This document shows positions 13,067-25,655 of a DNA stretch of 64,000 bases, one piece after another (the first letter of the stretch is position 1; every line of letters starts with the position of its first letter). The DNA lies in NCBI GenBank assembly GCA_050575255.1, contig JBNZDD010013633.1:1821706-1885705 (forward strand), written 5' to 3'. The notes beneath the pieces were generated by a model, which saw only the letters and a list, made by a program, of their open reading frames with translations, was not told the origin of the DNA and made no database searches. This stretch comes from Harriotta raleighana. Lineage: Eukaryota. The translations under genes and the position numbers were made by a program.

Positions 13067-14931
13067 CATATATGTTAATGAGTTAGGGTTAACAATATGC
13101 TAATAAAACTATCCAGATACTTATGTAGCTTTCTTTCTATAATGCCAGCACTTTTAACGGCACCACAGAGAAAATATACCAATTCCATCAGCCCAGAGAT
13201 ATAAGTCTATATTGACCTTCTAGTGCTTTAAAATAACACATTCAATCACAATATGGTAACATAAAATGCAGTGAAGCACCAAAACCAGTTGTGAAATAGG
13301 TAGGGTCAAGGATTATTTGGAAAGTGTCAGAAATGTATGAGAAATAGTTCAAATATTTGTGCAGGGTTAGGACTAGGTACCGTTCATAATCCATTCCATT
13401 TTAACCATTCCTGAGTGCAAGTGACCTTAATTTGTCTTGAGGTGCAAAGGTTGAATCACGAAAAGTTGATTTCCTTCATGCCCTTAATGGGCCAATGGAC
13501 TTGTTTTTTGACAGTTTTCTTCTTGTTACTCACAATTCTAAGCAACAAGCCCTGTATTGTATCGTTTTTTTTGATAGCCCCATTGTTTATTTTTCATCTA
13601 TCAACATACTTGGTCTCACTGTCTCCTCCTTGCTAAAGTTGCTTTCGTTCATTTCTTGACAATTCTATAGAGATCCAAAAGATACCATAATAATAGAGAT
13701 GAGATGTCACATTCATTGTTACTGGGAAGGTTCTAAACTCTTTGAACATCAGGGCTGAAAATCCATTTGTCATGAAAACATCTGAAAAGACACTTCAATG
13801 CCAAAAAGCATATCTAGGGACTAAAGTATGACTGCAAAGGGGAATCCATATGTATGTGACACTGACCTATAGAAGCACGATTCTAACCAGACATTACATT
13901 GGAACAGATTGGCATGACATGGGATTATCTGCAGCAGTCACACATTATGATTGAGATGCTTTTTGCAGCACTAAGCCATCAGTCCACTTGCTATTTTTCT
14001 GACATGTGCATTTTCAACTCCAATACACATAAATAAATCTTATGCCCCGATAGAGGTTAAAGAAAGCTAATATCCATTTTTTGGAACATTTTCCAACCTT
14101 TATTGAAGTGCAGTCATCCATTTTAGCCAAAACACTAATGATCAGTAGGATATTTGATAAGAAGGAAATAATAATATACATTTACTGACAAAGAACAGTA
14201 TTTTTACCAAATGAAAAATAACCACAAGCAGTTGCTTGCTTTTGTCAATTAACATTTCTGAATCAACAGTTATTATCTTTTACACAAAATCTCAAAAGGT
14301 TGATGAGGAGGAACATACAAAATTATATCCAGATTCTCCCTCTTCATTTCCATACATTGTAACAATTTTCTGATAAAATGCACAAACTGGATAATTTTGG
14401 TAGCATATAATAGTTACCCACACAATAATGTATGAATACAAAATTCAGCATAATGAAACCACATGTACAATCACAAAACAAATTTAGCTTTGTAAATTTT
14501 TTAAGTTGCAACTGAGGGAAATCAATCTTTTTTTTAAATTCAATCAGTTACCATAAGAAGTATGATTCAAATTCTTAATTTATGTACAACGCAATGTACA
14601 AAAATACAAGTCAAGTAATTAGGAACACTATATTAATTATTCTAAGGAAAGAAGCTCTATTATTTCACATGTAACAGTAGCATTGGTGATGCATACTATC
14701 TGTATTGTTTCCTGGACAAGTTTTCTATAAGCATTAAAGATAGCAGCGATGTTATCACTAAAGTAAGTTGCTCAGTAATGTTTCTAATTATTCCTTCCAC
14801 TGTCAGAAAGAAAACTGCATGAAGCAAAGAATGCTGATGTTGTTCAACTTCTAGTAAGTTAGATTGTTCCATTGACATTTTAGAAGTATCAGCTACATGT
14901 AATGTCGGTTAATATGGTACAAATTTGGTCA

Positions 14932-15195
14932 ACCTAGTAGTAAATATAAACCTGGTTATTAGTCGACTGGCAGATCACTTTCAAGGGCTAATAATCCATT
15001 CAAAATAAGATGATAATATTAATTAGGTCACTCAATCCATGACTGTTTGTGGGATGCTGTTGCGCACAATTGACTGCCACGATTTGCTCACAAAATTTAC
15101 AGTCAATTCACATTGTAGTACAGTATATTCTGTGAAATGCTTTGAGAAGGCTCAAAGATGTGATAAGACATGATATCAAATGTGAGAATTCTTAA
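14932..15195 (+). mobile_element. 5'-truncated SINE (long variant)
   Basis: CCTGGTTATTAGTCGACTGGCAGATC internal block, then GGTCACTCAATCCATGACTGTTTGTGGG...CAGTATATTCTGTGAAATGCTTTGAGA tail. Confidence 0.8.
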
Positions 15196-15861
15196 ATATT
15201 AATAAAATATATGAAATAACATGCATACTGTATCTGAATCTAATAATGTTTTATAATAAAACAGTTGGAGAATTGTATTATCTAACATTAATTTTAAAAA
15301 ATTACCCCGAGAGGATGCAGAGATCAAAGTTCAAGGTTATACAATATCTATTTCTTTGAACCTTTTGTTATAGATTATTCATATATAGCACAAATTATAT
15401 CTGATTTCTTTAAAGAATATGCTTTCCTCCTGTTTTAAAAGGAAAGATTCAAAAGTTACAAATGAAGTACAGCATTGAATATCACTAGCAACATAGCTTA
15501 ATCCCCAACATTGGAGAGACATAACCACTGACAAGAGACAGAACACAGAGAATAACATCTCAACTGTACAACACAGTTAAGACCCCATAGGTTCCAGTGG
15601 TGGCGTGTTGACCAATTACGCTGCCCATTCATCTCCACTCAATTTGGAAATAATTGCCACTAAAGCGTAATTCCAGACTTGGACTTTGTGAGACAAGAGG
15701 ATAGAGATAAGTACTATGTGAATGATATTGCCATATTTTTGAAAGTCCTTTATGCCAAGATATTGTAAAATCATGACACAAGGGATAGGAGAGGGGAGGA
15801 TTAGCACTGAAACTGTTGCAAATTCATTCTGCAAATATGATTTCATGTTTGATTACAATCA

Positions 15862-16023
15862 TCTCCTACCTCTCTGCTCTCCCTATCCCAGACCTGCCCC
15901 CCACCACTCCCACCTTTGACCACCTCCAACCCCCATCCCCCGCATTCGAGTACTGATTCCCAACTATTCAGCTCCTTGGGAGATTCTCCCAACGTGGAAG
16001 GCACTTTACAAATGTAATTTTGT
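15862..16023 (+). mobile_element. L2 LINE 3' end remnant
   Basis: C-rich UTR, then CTATTCAGCTCCTTGGGAGATTCTCCCAACGTGGAAGGCACTTTACAAATGTAATTTTGT. Confidence 0.65.
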
Positions 16024-16084
16024 GCATGAGAAGAACTTTCAATTGCATTGTCACTACTCAGACAATCTAAAAATGACATTATAT

Positions 16085-16425
16085 ATAATCCTTTCTTTTG
16101 ATATAGCGCCTTATCACATCTTCGAGACATCTCAACGCTCTTCACAGAATACTGTATAGTGGGAAGTGAATTGACTATATTTTGTGGACAAAATGTGGCA
16201 GCCAATTGCACACAAACATGGGACATGGATTGAAGTGACCAATTATTAATTTTTTTGAAGGAATTATTCACCTGGAAAAGCAATCCGCCAATCAACTAAC
16301 AACCGGGTTCCCACTTACTGCTTGGTAAACAGGCATGTGGAGTAAAGAAACTTGCCCAATGATTCACCCTGCCTGGGAATAGCTTGCAAGGCGAGTGCTC
16401 TAGCCACTAAGCTACAGGACTCCAC
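16085..16425 (-). mobile_element. Near full-length tRNA-derived SINE (long variant)
   Basis: Tail, 3' block, internal CCGGGTTCCCACTTACTGCTTGGTAAACAGGCATGTGGAGTAAAGAAACTTGCCCAA and head end GCGAGTGCTCTAGCCACTAAGCTACAGGACTCCAC. Confidence 0.92.
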
Positions 16426-17384
16426 TTGTGCTACACTTAGTCAATTCAACATGAAAACAACATTGAATTGGTGCTAAAAAGTGTAGTGTAATGAGCATAA
16501 TTAGGATACAAGTCCACCCAAACTTACAAATCTCATTAAATGTAGCTCATTGTAAACTAGGAGTGCTTAGTAAGTGATTCATTTTCAAAGTCAATTTTGA
16601 ATGCACAAATTATTCAACTGCACAAAAGCAATTCTTGCCATAGGAGCTGATAAACGTCCATGGCTGCTGTGTACTGATTAGGTTTGGCCTCAGCACACTT
16701 ACATTATCACTGAAACAAACTGCTGAACATGTGTTGCTGTGAGAAAACAATGGTATTCTATTTGACATTTCATTAAAATAGTAAAAGATTTGAAGAAATC
16801 TGCACGGCCAAAAACAAATTTGGCTTTTTACATATAAATATTTCTCTATCCCTATTTTTACGTTTTAATGAATACATATATTTATTTAATTGTGCACTGT
16901 ACTTTATTCCTAATTCTTAATGATGCTAAAACTAATCCTACCTGTAAGCAACATTAGATATATTAGGAGATGTTTATTTTGGAATACCAAGTGCTAAACA
17001 GTGGTGCAACTGTAATAATCACAGTTTTTTAAAAGACATACTATATATGTGATAAGCCACTATTTGTCTACATTTTAAAGTTAATTAGCTGTTAAAGTTA
17101 TGACATTAGCAAGAAAGATTCATTTAACTGCAATTGCACGTGATGAAGTTTTGCAAGTGACCAAAAACTTTGTACATTCCTCTAAGCACGCTATGATAGC
17201 AATGGTTCCACCAGTTATAGTTACAGCTACTACCCCAGCTCCACACCTACACTTAATGAATAATAGTCATAATTTAAAAAAAATATTAATCCTTGTGTCT
17301 CTGTGTCTCAAATGTCTCACAAAAGTCCTGGAGTTGTGTAGCTCAATGATTAGAGCACTAAAATAAACTACTGTTTATTGTGTG

Positions 17385-17602
17385 CCTGTATATATTGTAG
17401 GCAAAATGTGGCAGCCAATTGCGCACTGCAGCATCCCACAAACTCATGGATTGAAGTGACTAATTTTATTATTATTTTTTGTTTCTTGAGGGATTATTGT
17501 CAGGCGTGTTGAGTAAGGAAACTTGCCCAAGGTTTCACCCTACCCGGAATGTAACCCAGATCTCTCACTCATAAGGCGAGTGCTCGAATCATTGAGCTAC
17601 AG
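17385..17602 (-). mobile_element. tRNA-derived SINE (short variant), 3' part rearranged
   Basis: GCAGCCAATTGCGCAC...GAGTAAGGAAACTTGCCCAAGGTTTCACCCT...GCGAGTGCTCGAATCATTGAGCTACAG. Confidence 0.88.
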
Positions 17603-18410
17603 AGATAAGTGGGCTCTCAGTAGCTGAGCTGGCTTTAAGGTTACATGCCTGACAATGGAATGTTGGAATTAAATTAATTTTCTTTGTTGGGCTCAATAAT
17701 CTGGTTCCAGGTGGGTCTGGGTACTCCAGGGCATTGCTGAAGACAGTTTAGCCAGCCCTGGCTCATCACCAGGACTTGGAGGGGTAAAACAGACACTGGG
17801 TCCAACAATATTTCCTGCATGTGACAGACACCTGGCTGACAAAAAAAACCTCTTTCTATAAAGACATTTCCACTGATTGCCAAATGTAAATTCTCTTTCA
17901 TGAATGCCTCAGACTTGCAGTGCATGTGATCTGCAGCTGGTCTCTCCAGTTAACAATTCCGCACCACCATGGAGTGTTTGTTAGAACAGTAAATTGTATC
18001 AGTGTGGACATCTAAGTCTCTCCACTACAATGTAATTCTAATTTTGCTTTAAGAGATAGTTTAGATGCATCTGTGAAAAAAACTTTAGATTAGGAGTGTA
18101 TTGTAGCACCTTCACAATCATATTAGCATACAAAAAAATTTTTGACAGCAAGTTACTGTATAAAATTACTCTATAAAATAAGGGAATGGTGCAAATCTAC
18201 TTTAGATTAACAGATTCTTCTTATTTTTAATTTCATCCATGTCCTTCTCATGGATACATGCATGGTTGTAATCCTCAACAAGAGTACACGGAACAGGGTG
18301 CTCCCACAACTGATTCTCCAAAACATCCCAAATCAAGCAGCTGGACAAACTTCAGCTTCCATTAATTTCTGATTAATTGCCATCTGGTCTCCTAGCTTGG
18401 CAATACAATT

Positions 18411-18476
18411 CTATTCAGCGCTTTGGGGCGTCCACCCGACTTGAAAGGCGCTACATAAATGAAATTTTTTTGTTGT
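18411..18476 (+). mobile_element. Short L2 3' stem-loop fragment
   Basis: CAGCGCTTTGGGGCGTCCACCCGACTTGAAAGGCGCTACATAAATG plus T/GTT tail. Confidence 0.75.
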
Positions 18477-18489
18477 ATCTCCATTGCCC

Positions 18490-18860
18490 AGATACCTCAT
18501 TTTGGGTTTCTGTCTGCTCCATGTCCAATCTCTGACTAGGACTGCTTTTTTTTCCACCTTTGCCTCATTGCCCGCCTCCATCCTTACCTCATTGGATGAA
18601 ATCCAATGCAGCTGAACCTTCATCCACATTTTGTAACTTCCAGTTGGACTATTCAAATACCCCATTTGCTGATCTCATCGGCTCCACCATACACAAAATT
18701 AAATTAATTCCAAACTCCATTGCCCAGATACTTAACCGCATAAAACTCCAAACCCCTATCATAACAGGTCCAAACTCCACTGTCTCCCAATTACTGACCA
18801 GATCAATTACAAGATCCTCCCAATCATTTTCAAATCTGTTCATGCCCTTACACCTCCCTA
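18490..18860 (+). mobile_element. L2 LINE ORF2 (post-RT) decayed fragment
   Basis: Translates to IARLHPYL ... LDYSNTPFADL ... IHKIKLIPNSIAQILNR, matching L2 SRLDYCNxLLxG...LQxIQNxAARxxT. Frameshifted. Confidence 0.8.
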
Positions 18861-18862
18861 TG

Positions 18863-19039
18863 GTTCAGTCCATGACTGGTTGTTGGACACTGCTGTGCGC
18901 AATTGGCTGCCGCGTTTCGCCTACTTGCAGTCAATTCACTTTACAGTAAAGTATATTCCGTGAAGTGCTTTGAGACATCTAGAAGACGTAAAAAGTGCTG
19001 TGCTAAGTGTTTTATCAAGTGCAAGGATTATTATTATTT
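18863..19039 (+). mobile_element. 5'-truncated SINE
   Basis: CATGACTGGTTGTTGGACACTGCTGTGCGCAATTGGCTGCCGCGTTTCGCC...GCAAGGATTATTATTATT. Confidence 0.88.
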
Positions 19040-19479
19040 CTATTGTTGTTTATTATTAAGATTTGTGTCTGTGTTTATTACTTAAGTTGATTACAAATGT
19101 AGCTGTGCTTTTTGTTGGCATTGCTCTTCATTACATGACATAATTGATTGAGCAACACAAATAGTGACATTGAAAATGAAGGTGTTTTATGAGTCATATA
19201 GAGATATACATTCATTAGAATAAATATTGCATCAAACATCTCAAAGTTCTTCACATAATTAATTAGTTATAAGCATTATGAGTGTTAAGATTTATGAATA
19301 TACAGTACAACAGATTTTTTTTAAAAAACTTTTCTCTTCAGCATCCTACAAACTGCAAGAACATATTTTTCAGGTATAGTTGTCACGCATCTTGAATATA
19401 GGAGCAGGATTTTGAATCTCTTCAGTCTTCGCTGTCTCTCTCAAAAAGACCATCAGTGCTTCAAAAAGAAACCTCCTCT

Positions 19480-20180
19480 CTTGCCTCACTGAGTACACTG
19501 GTGAATAATTCATCAATCCTGGGGGATTTATTGGTTTTCAGATCCTTGAATCTATCTAGAACTTCGACTTCACTAAATGTCAGATTCCTAGAGCTGACAC
19601 AAAGCATGTTGGATGTTGAACAGTATTACTGTCATTCTCAATTTAATACCCTCAGAAATAGTCGCTATCTTCTGTTTGTCACCAATTTTGTGTCCATTTA
19701 GGTTTAAATTTTCTATTCTCCCAATTATGCTCTTACTGTTTTAATAATTAAATGAATTATTTCTACCATTATATTTTACATTTTCTGCTATATCCCTTTG
19801 GATTTTTCTCTTATTTTCCCTAATTTTGCTTTTAAACTTGATTCTTTAGTATTTTGTACACAAGCCAATAACCAACCTTTTCCTGCAAGCGTTGTCATTC
19901 TTGATTTTGTTTCTTAACCTCTGTATAAATTTTCTTTTTTATTCAGCTTGAAACATATTTGCTTAATTTGCCTTTGCTTTACTGTCTCACTCTGCACAGT
20001 GTTTTTCGGTGATATCTAGTTTTTTTTTATGGTTTAAGCTTGAATAGCTCCCATCCCCTTCAGTCTATGTTATCAGGCTTAGTTCTCTTACTTCTGAAAT
20101 TTTCCTGTTGAAAGTTGTCACTTGAGGTTTTGTTCACATGTTTGCTCTGTTTCTCAAGCCAGATTTAATCATGAGCTATA
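19480..20180 (-). mobile_element. Possible old CR1 ORF2 fragment (EN-RT linker)
   Basis: T-rich plus strand. Minus strand gives NFQQENF... and WELFK, resembling CR1 DFRKANF...WxxFK. Heavily decayed. Confidence 0.35.
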
Positions 20181-20833
20181 ATTGGTTTTGGTCAGCCAGC
20201 GAAAGTCTGCAAACCAAAGCCCTCTGACACATATAGGAATCTCACCATGTTTAAGAATGTCCAGGCCAGACTAAGAGTTCCACATCTTTTTACCACGTAT
20301 GCCTGCAATGGATTAGCATGCGTTCTGTCCCTCTCACAAAAGATTCCCCTACTTATCTAATTCAGAGAATATTAGGCATGGGTTGGCGAGAACCAGGGAG
20401 AGGGCATCCCAAAGTATGTTTGGTTTATTGCTGGAGTTTAACCAGCTAAAACCCTATATCTTGCCATTGAGAGTACGGTTTGACAAGCATCCCTTTGTTT
20501 GTCCATCTTGGATTATCCATTAGGGGTTTGGCTTGCAGGTTTAACATGAATCGAAGGGACCTCCCATAAAAGCAGGTTGGTCACTAATTGTTCATTTGAC
20601 CAACTGGTTTGTTATATTAAAAGCTGCCTTGATTGGGTGAATTTTCTAATTTGTTTCAAAAACATTCGAGTCAGAGTTTTTAACTGAGTTTACAGTCATG
20701 TAAATACTGCAGAATAATTTTGAACAACATTTTTCTTTTTCTTATTAACATTTTAATTGTATGTTATTTCAAAACACCTATTTAAAATATATCATTTCAA
20801 ACAACTAAAAATTTAACTATAATAGATGTTTCA

Positions 20834-20893
20834 ATACCTTGGGACGTCCTCCCGACATGAAAGGCGCTATATAAATGTAATTATTGATTGATA
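20834..20893 (+). mobile_element. Ultra-short L2 3' stem-loop insertion
   Basis: CCTTGGGACGTCCTCCCGACATGAAAGGCGCTATATAAATGTAATTATTGATTGAT. Confidence 0.85.
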
Positions 20894-21121
20894 ATAAAAA
20901 TAAAAATGTCACTGAGTAAGAACAAGATCTTGGTCAAAATTATTCTGGAACATTTGCATGGCCATCAATGTATTTATTAATTTTCAACAAGGTTATCCCA
21001 CTTGAAGGGACTAAATCACCTTTCTGAGGAAAAACATTTGACTTTTGTAATATGATTAAAAATGTTATTATGAATCTTAGCAATCATAATGTGGATTGGC
21101 ACTGACAACGGAAATATTGAA

Positions 21122-21422
21122 AACTTAGGCAAGTTTCCTTACTCAACACGTCTGTGTTTCCCTTGTAGAAAGTAGGAACACTGTTGTTAGTCGACTGGTG
21201 GATTGCTTTCCGGCTGTAATAATCTCTTTAAAAAAATTGGGCCACTAAATCCACGACTGTTTGTGGGGCATTGCTGTGCGCAATTGACTGCCACATTCTG
21301 CCCACAGAATACATAGTCATTAACAATAAACTGCATAATATAATCTGGAAAATGTTTTGAGACATCTCAACTACATGATAAGGCACTAAAGCAAATGCAA
21401 AGATTATTATTATATTATTATT
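21122..21422 (+). mobile_element. Headless SINE (long variant)
   Basis: GGCAAGTTTCCTTACTC...GTTGTTAGTCGACTGGTGGATTGCTTTCC...GACTGTTTGTGGGGCATTGCTGTGCGCAATTG...(ATT)n. Confidence 0.88.
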
Positions 21423-23027
21423 GCCCCAGTATTGTTACAAAAGAAAGCTTACTCAGAACAAAATCTTGATTAAAGACTGATGAGAGTTTATTGTGGTCTT
21501 TAACATACTTTGAGTTTCTGATCACTGAAATTAATTTGAGCTTTATTTTGTGCTTTTCTCAAATGTGTGCAATCTTTGTAACATCCCCATCCCCAGTCTT
21601 TTTTCTGTTTTCTACTGGAAACCGCTAGATGGTATTGGATACAACTAAAATGGAAACTAGAATTTGATTTCCTTCTTGAAGTCCCAATCTATTAATTCCA
21701 ATCTCCCTATCTATCTACAGTATATAATGTTGCATCAAACTCACAAGTTATATCATTTAGAACGAAAACTGAATTTATAATTCCTACACCCAATTGGTCT
21801 CCTGGGGCAGGGGAGAACTCTGTTCGGATACAGGAAATTCTGCTCAGATACAAATAAGCAATATGCAGAGCCCCAATGATTGGAATGTCCAAGAACTACT
21901 GAAGAAACATTTTTGAATCAATACCCTATTGATTCACATGTCTTGCAATTGTTTTTGCAGCAGTGTGAATCAATATTTCACTGAAACCAACCCTGCAGTT
22001 ATGTACAAATATATTTTATACTACTGTACTTTTTTCAGTGACTGTATGCTTTTTTAAAAAAAAATTGCTTTGAAAATTGGAGTATGAACTAGGCATTAGT
22101 ACAAACAGATGTATATTACCTATTAATAATGGTCGAACCAAAATCAATCAATACAACTTTACTGAGATACCAAGCCAAATGCTAATGGTCTGATTTCTCT
22201 GTGCCTTAAGAGCCCAAATAGTATATGCACTTATCTCAAATTGTACATGCCCAAAACTGCCATCTTGGAGTTGCTGACAGCAGATATAGGGTGATACTGA
22301 GATGGTAATCTGTGAAGTGACAATCAAATGTGCTGACAACTCTTAATGCAGTAATATCAATCAACAACTCCGGGCTCAAACCTAGTCGGGGTAAGGTGTT
22401 TGCAACTGTAGCAAGTATTTAGTAAACAAACTTATTGCAACAGAATTTTCAATCCTGTGATAAATATCACTAGATAGTTTCAGATCACATACTACAACTC
22501 TATTACCCTATTGTACTTTAACGTTTTGCTGGTATGTTTCTATTTTGGCAATGTACAGATGAAAAATAGGAAACTACGTTTGTACTTTGAATTGAAGTGT
22601 AACTTCTTTGAATTGTGTAAGTACCTGAGCTCAATCTTGCAGTTGTATTTTCATAGTTGATTTAATTTAGATTGATAACATTCAAAATGTAAGTATCAAA
22701 AATGTAAATGTCAGGTTAATAGGCGTGATGTTTGCATTCCAAATAGGATTGTCATTACATAAGGAAACAACAACTTGCATTTATATAGAAACATGCCTTC
22801 ATGGCATAACTTCTCAGAGCAGTTAACATTTTCGGAGTCGGATGCCAAGCCAGGGAGAGATCAATTTAAGAATATTATTTTAGATAGAAAGATATCAATC
22901 AAAGGTTCTATTTTCAGGTCAGACTTTTCAACGTGGAAAGAAAATACCAAGAATTGTTTAATTGATTCACATGGTCTGCATTTGTCAAAAAACAGAATTA
23001 ATCTATCCTGAAGAAGTATCTGCTGGT

Positions 23028-23092
23028 TCAACAACAACAACAAAAACTTTGATTTATATAGCGCCCTCCACGGTGGACGGCATCTCAGAGTG
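23028..23092 (-). mobile_element. Short L2 3' end with (GTT)n tail
   Basis: (CAA)n AAACTTTGATTTATATAGCGCCCTCCAC...CATCTCAGAGTG. Confidence 0.75.
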
Positions 23093-23214
23093 TTTAATGC
23101 AGATCTTAATACAGTTCACAAGCTAAAAAGAGATTGTACTAATAAGTTTACAGAAAATTTGCTCTTTAGTATACTACAGTATATGTATTTTTACCAAAGG
23201 GCACATAGGGCCAA

Positions 23215-23295
23215 ACATTGGACAAGTTTCCTTACTCCACACACCTCTGTTTACTTAGTGGTAAGTATGCCGATTGTAAGTTGATTCCGGATCGC
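23215..23295 (+). mobile_element. SINE internal (CORE-like) fragment
   Basis: TTGGACAAGTTTCCTTACTCCACACACCTCTGTTTACTTAGTGGTAAGT. Confidence 0.65.
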
Positions 23296-23519
23296 AAATA
23301 TAAATGCCCAGAGACTTAGGATATTTTGATTACACGTGTGCTGAAACTTGAAATTGGCAGTTTACGATGATCCCCTAATATAAACATGTTTAGCAAACTT
23401 GTCTTTTCCAAATATATTCTTGAAGTAATGTGATTTGCTACTACTGTGATACCCACTGATACTTGACTTGCCAATCATTTGTTGAACTCTAATGATCTTA
23501 GTCACACTTTGATTGTGTT

Positions 23520-23802
23520 TTCAGCTGTGTATTGCAGTCTTCCAAGGTATTACCCTGTTTGAAGGGTGCTATATAAATGCAAGTTGTTGGTGTAGCAACA
23601 TTAAGGCAAGAACAGGAAATCAAGTCTCATAGCATTTTGGTTAGAACACCATTTGTGGGACATTGCTGTGCTCAATTGGCTGCCATGTTTTGTCCACATG
23701 ATACACCTTCAATCCACTTTACAATATATTCTGTGAAGTACTTTCAGATATCTCAACATTATGAAAAGGCGCTACATAAAATGCAAGGATTATTATTATT
23801 AT
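23520..23802 (+). mobile_element. L2 3' tail (to ~23592) followed by 5'-truncated SINE (~23650-23802)
   Basis: GAAGGGTGCTATATAAATGCAAGTTGTTG, then TTTGTGGGACATTGCTGTGCTCAATTGGCTGCC...GCAAGGATTATTATTAT. Confidence 0.8.
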
Positions 23803-24152
23803 ATGCCTCTATTACATCTGCAATTGAGCAATTTGAAAACACAATGGAAAGTTAATTATCTGTCATAAGTGAGGAAACACACAACTCCAAGTGAATAGTT
23901 GAAGTTGGTGGATAGTCAAGGATCTTTCATATCAAATGACGATTAGGACAGCATCTTTTAATTTGTCTTTTTGTGTCTATTTAAATGCACCCATGGTAAA
24001 AGCTTAGGGCTTTATGACCCAGACAGAGCACAGGATTTCCAAATTGTTCAAGAGCCACCTGAATACACCTTCATATCCAGTGTAGGAATTTTATTTAACT
24101 GTTATCAATCTAATTTAATTTAACTGGTTTTGTAGGAAAGAGGGCATTCTTT

Positions 24153-24493
24153 TATAATAATAATAATCCTTGCATTTGATATATCGCTTTTCACATCTTA
24201 TCAATGGGAAGTCCCAAAGTGCTTCACAGAATATACTGTAAAGTGAATTGACTGTATATATTTGTGGGCGGAACGCGGCAGCCAATTGCACACAGCAGTG
24301 TCCCACAAACAATCGGAGATTGAAATGACCAATTTTATTATTGTGGTTTTTTTGGGAGGGATTATTATTAGGCATGTGGAGTAAGGAAACTTGCCCAAGG
24401 TTTCGCCCTGATCTGCCTGGATTCGAATGCATGTCTCATGCTCGTAAGGCATGTAAGGCGAGTGCTCTAACCACTGAGCCACAGGAGCTCCAC
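24153..24493 (-). mobile_element. Full-length tRNA-derived SINE (short variant), well preserved
   Basis: (TAA)n tail, complete 3' block, GGAGTAAGGAAACTTGCCCAAGG, GGATTCGAA (B box reverse), CTAACCACTGAGCCACAGGAGCTCCAC (A box reverse). Small GTAAGGC duplication in the head. Confidence 0.93.
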
Positions 24494-24781
24494 ATGTTCT
24501 GAGTATATAGCGAAATCGATTTTTTTTCGTACTGTATCTAAAGTATTGCCATGGAACAGTTCTTTATTGGGTGAGCTAGCACGATATCATATGCACCTCG
24601 ACGTTGGGATGTCTATGCTATTGTATCAGGTGAACACAGTCAGAACTTGTGTTGTGAATGTGTTGAGTTGTGTAACAACATTAAGTTAATGGTAGATAAT
24701 TGGAGTCACGATAGAAAGCTTCCCATTGCGACTGCAGGATATATTTCAGCTCTCAAATCTGAGTATATCCCCTTATTACAT

Positions 24782-25655
24782 CAACAACAACAACAACAAC
24801 AAAAACTTGCATTTATATAGCGCCTTCCACACCAGAGAGCTTCTCAGAGCGCTTCCCAGTAGTGGAACCCTGGACGGAATCAGAGGGAGGGGGAAGGTGA
24901 CCGTAGGGGTGGTCAAACAGAAAGGTCTTGAGGCAAAAGGATTGAGGGAGGGAGTTCCAGAGTTTCGGGGCATAGTGGCTGACAGCATGGCCGCCAATGG
25001 AGGAGCAAAAAATTTAGGGGGCAAGGAGGTAGAGTGGAGGGAGTGGGTACTGCTGTGAGGAGAGATGAGGTTAGAGAGATAGGGGAGTGCAGTGAAGTGG
25101 AGGGATTTAAATACAAGAGTGAGGATCTTTATGTCGATCTGTTCTGCGACGGGGGGAGCCAGTGAAGTCTGGCGAGGACTGGGGTGATCAGGGGAGGGAG
25201 TTTTGTTCGGGTGAGAATACAGGCAGCGGGGTTCTGTGTGAGCTGGATTTTGCGAATGGTGGCAGATGGGAGACCAGTAAGTAGGATGTTGGAGTGAGTC
25301 TAACTGAGAGGTGGACAAAAGCATGGATCAGGATTTCGGGAAGCTTTTGGAGTAAGATATTGGCAGGAGATGGAAGAAGGTAGTGCTAGTGAGGGACCGG
25401 ATATGGGGGAGGAAGGATAATTGGGGGGTAGAAACTGATGCCTAGGTTGTGAACTGTGTTGCGTGTTTTAGGGGCAGGTCGGGCAGGTGGAGTAGGTGAG
25501 AACTGTGGGCTGGAAGACGTCGATGAGAGCCGAAGAGCATGGCTTCCATCTTGTGAACGTTTAGCTGCAGGTAGTTTACGCTCATTCAGCTCTTCATGTC
25601 GGACAGACAAGTGGACAGAACATCAGGGGACTGAGGGGGGGGGGTTCACAATTTG
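24782..25655 (-). mobile_element. 5'-truncated L2 LINE (~870 bp: ORF2 C-terminus, 3' UTR, (GTT)n tail)
   Basis: Minus-strand peptides TVHNLGISF and QIDIKILTLVFKSLHFTALPYLSNLI match L2 VRNLGVIFD and RIxFKILxLxFKxLHxxAPxYL. Terminal GGAAGGCGCTATATAAATGCAAGTTTT(TGT)n. Confidence 0.9.

Noticed and set aside
17610-17860. GC-balanced block that might be another repeat or a conserved element (similar doubt for 1845-2070 and 20190-20600)
   Set aside because: No second copy seen in the window and no family I can identify. Needs a Dfam/BLAST search.
24776-25324. 182-aa ORF, plus ORFs at 18560 and 62994
   Set aside because: Frameshifted L2 ORF2 remnants, not host genes.
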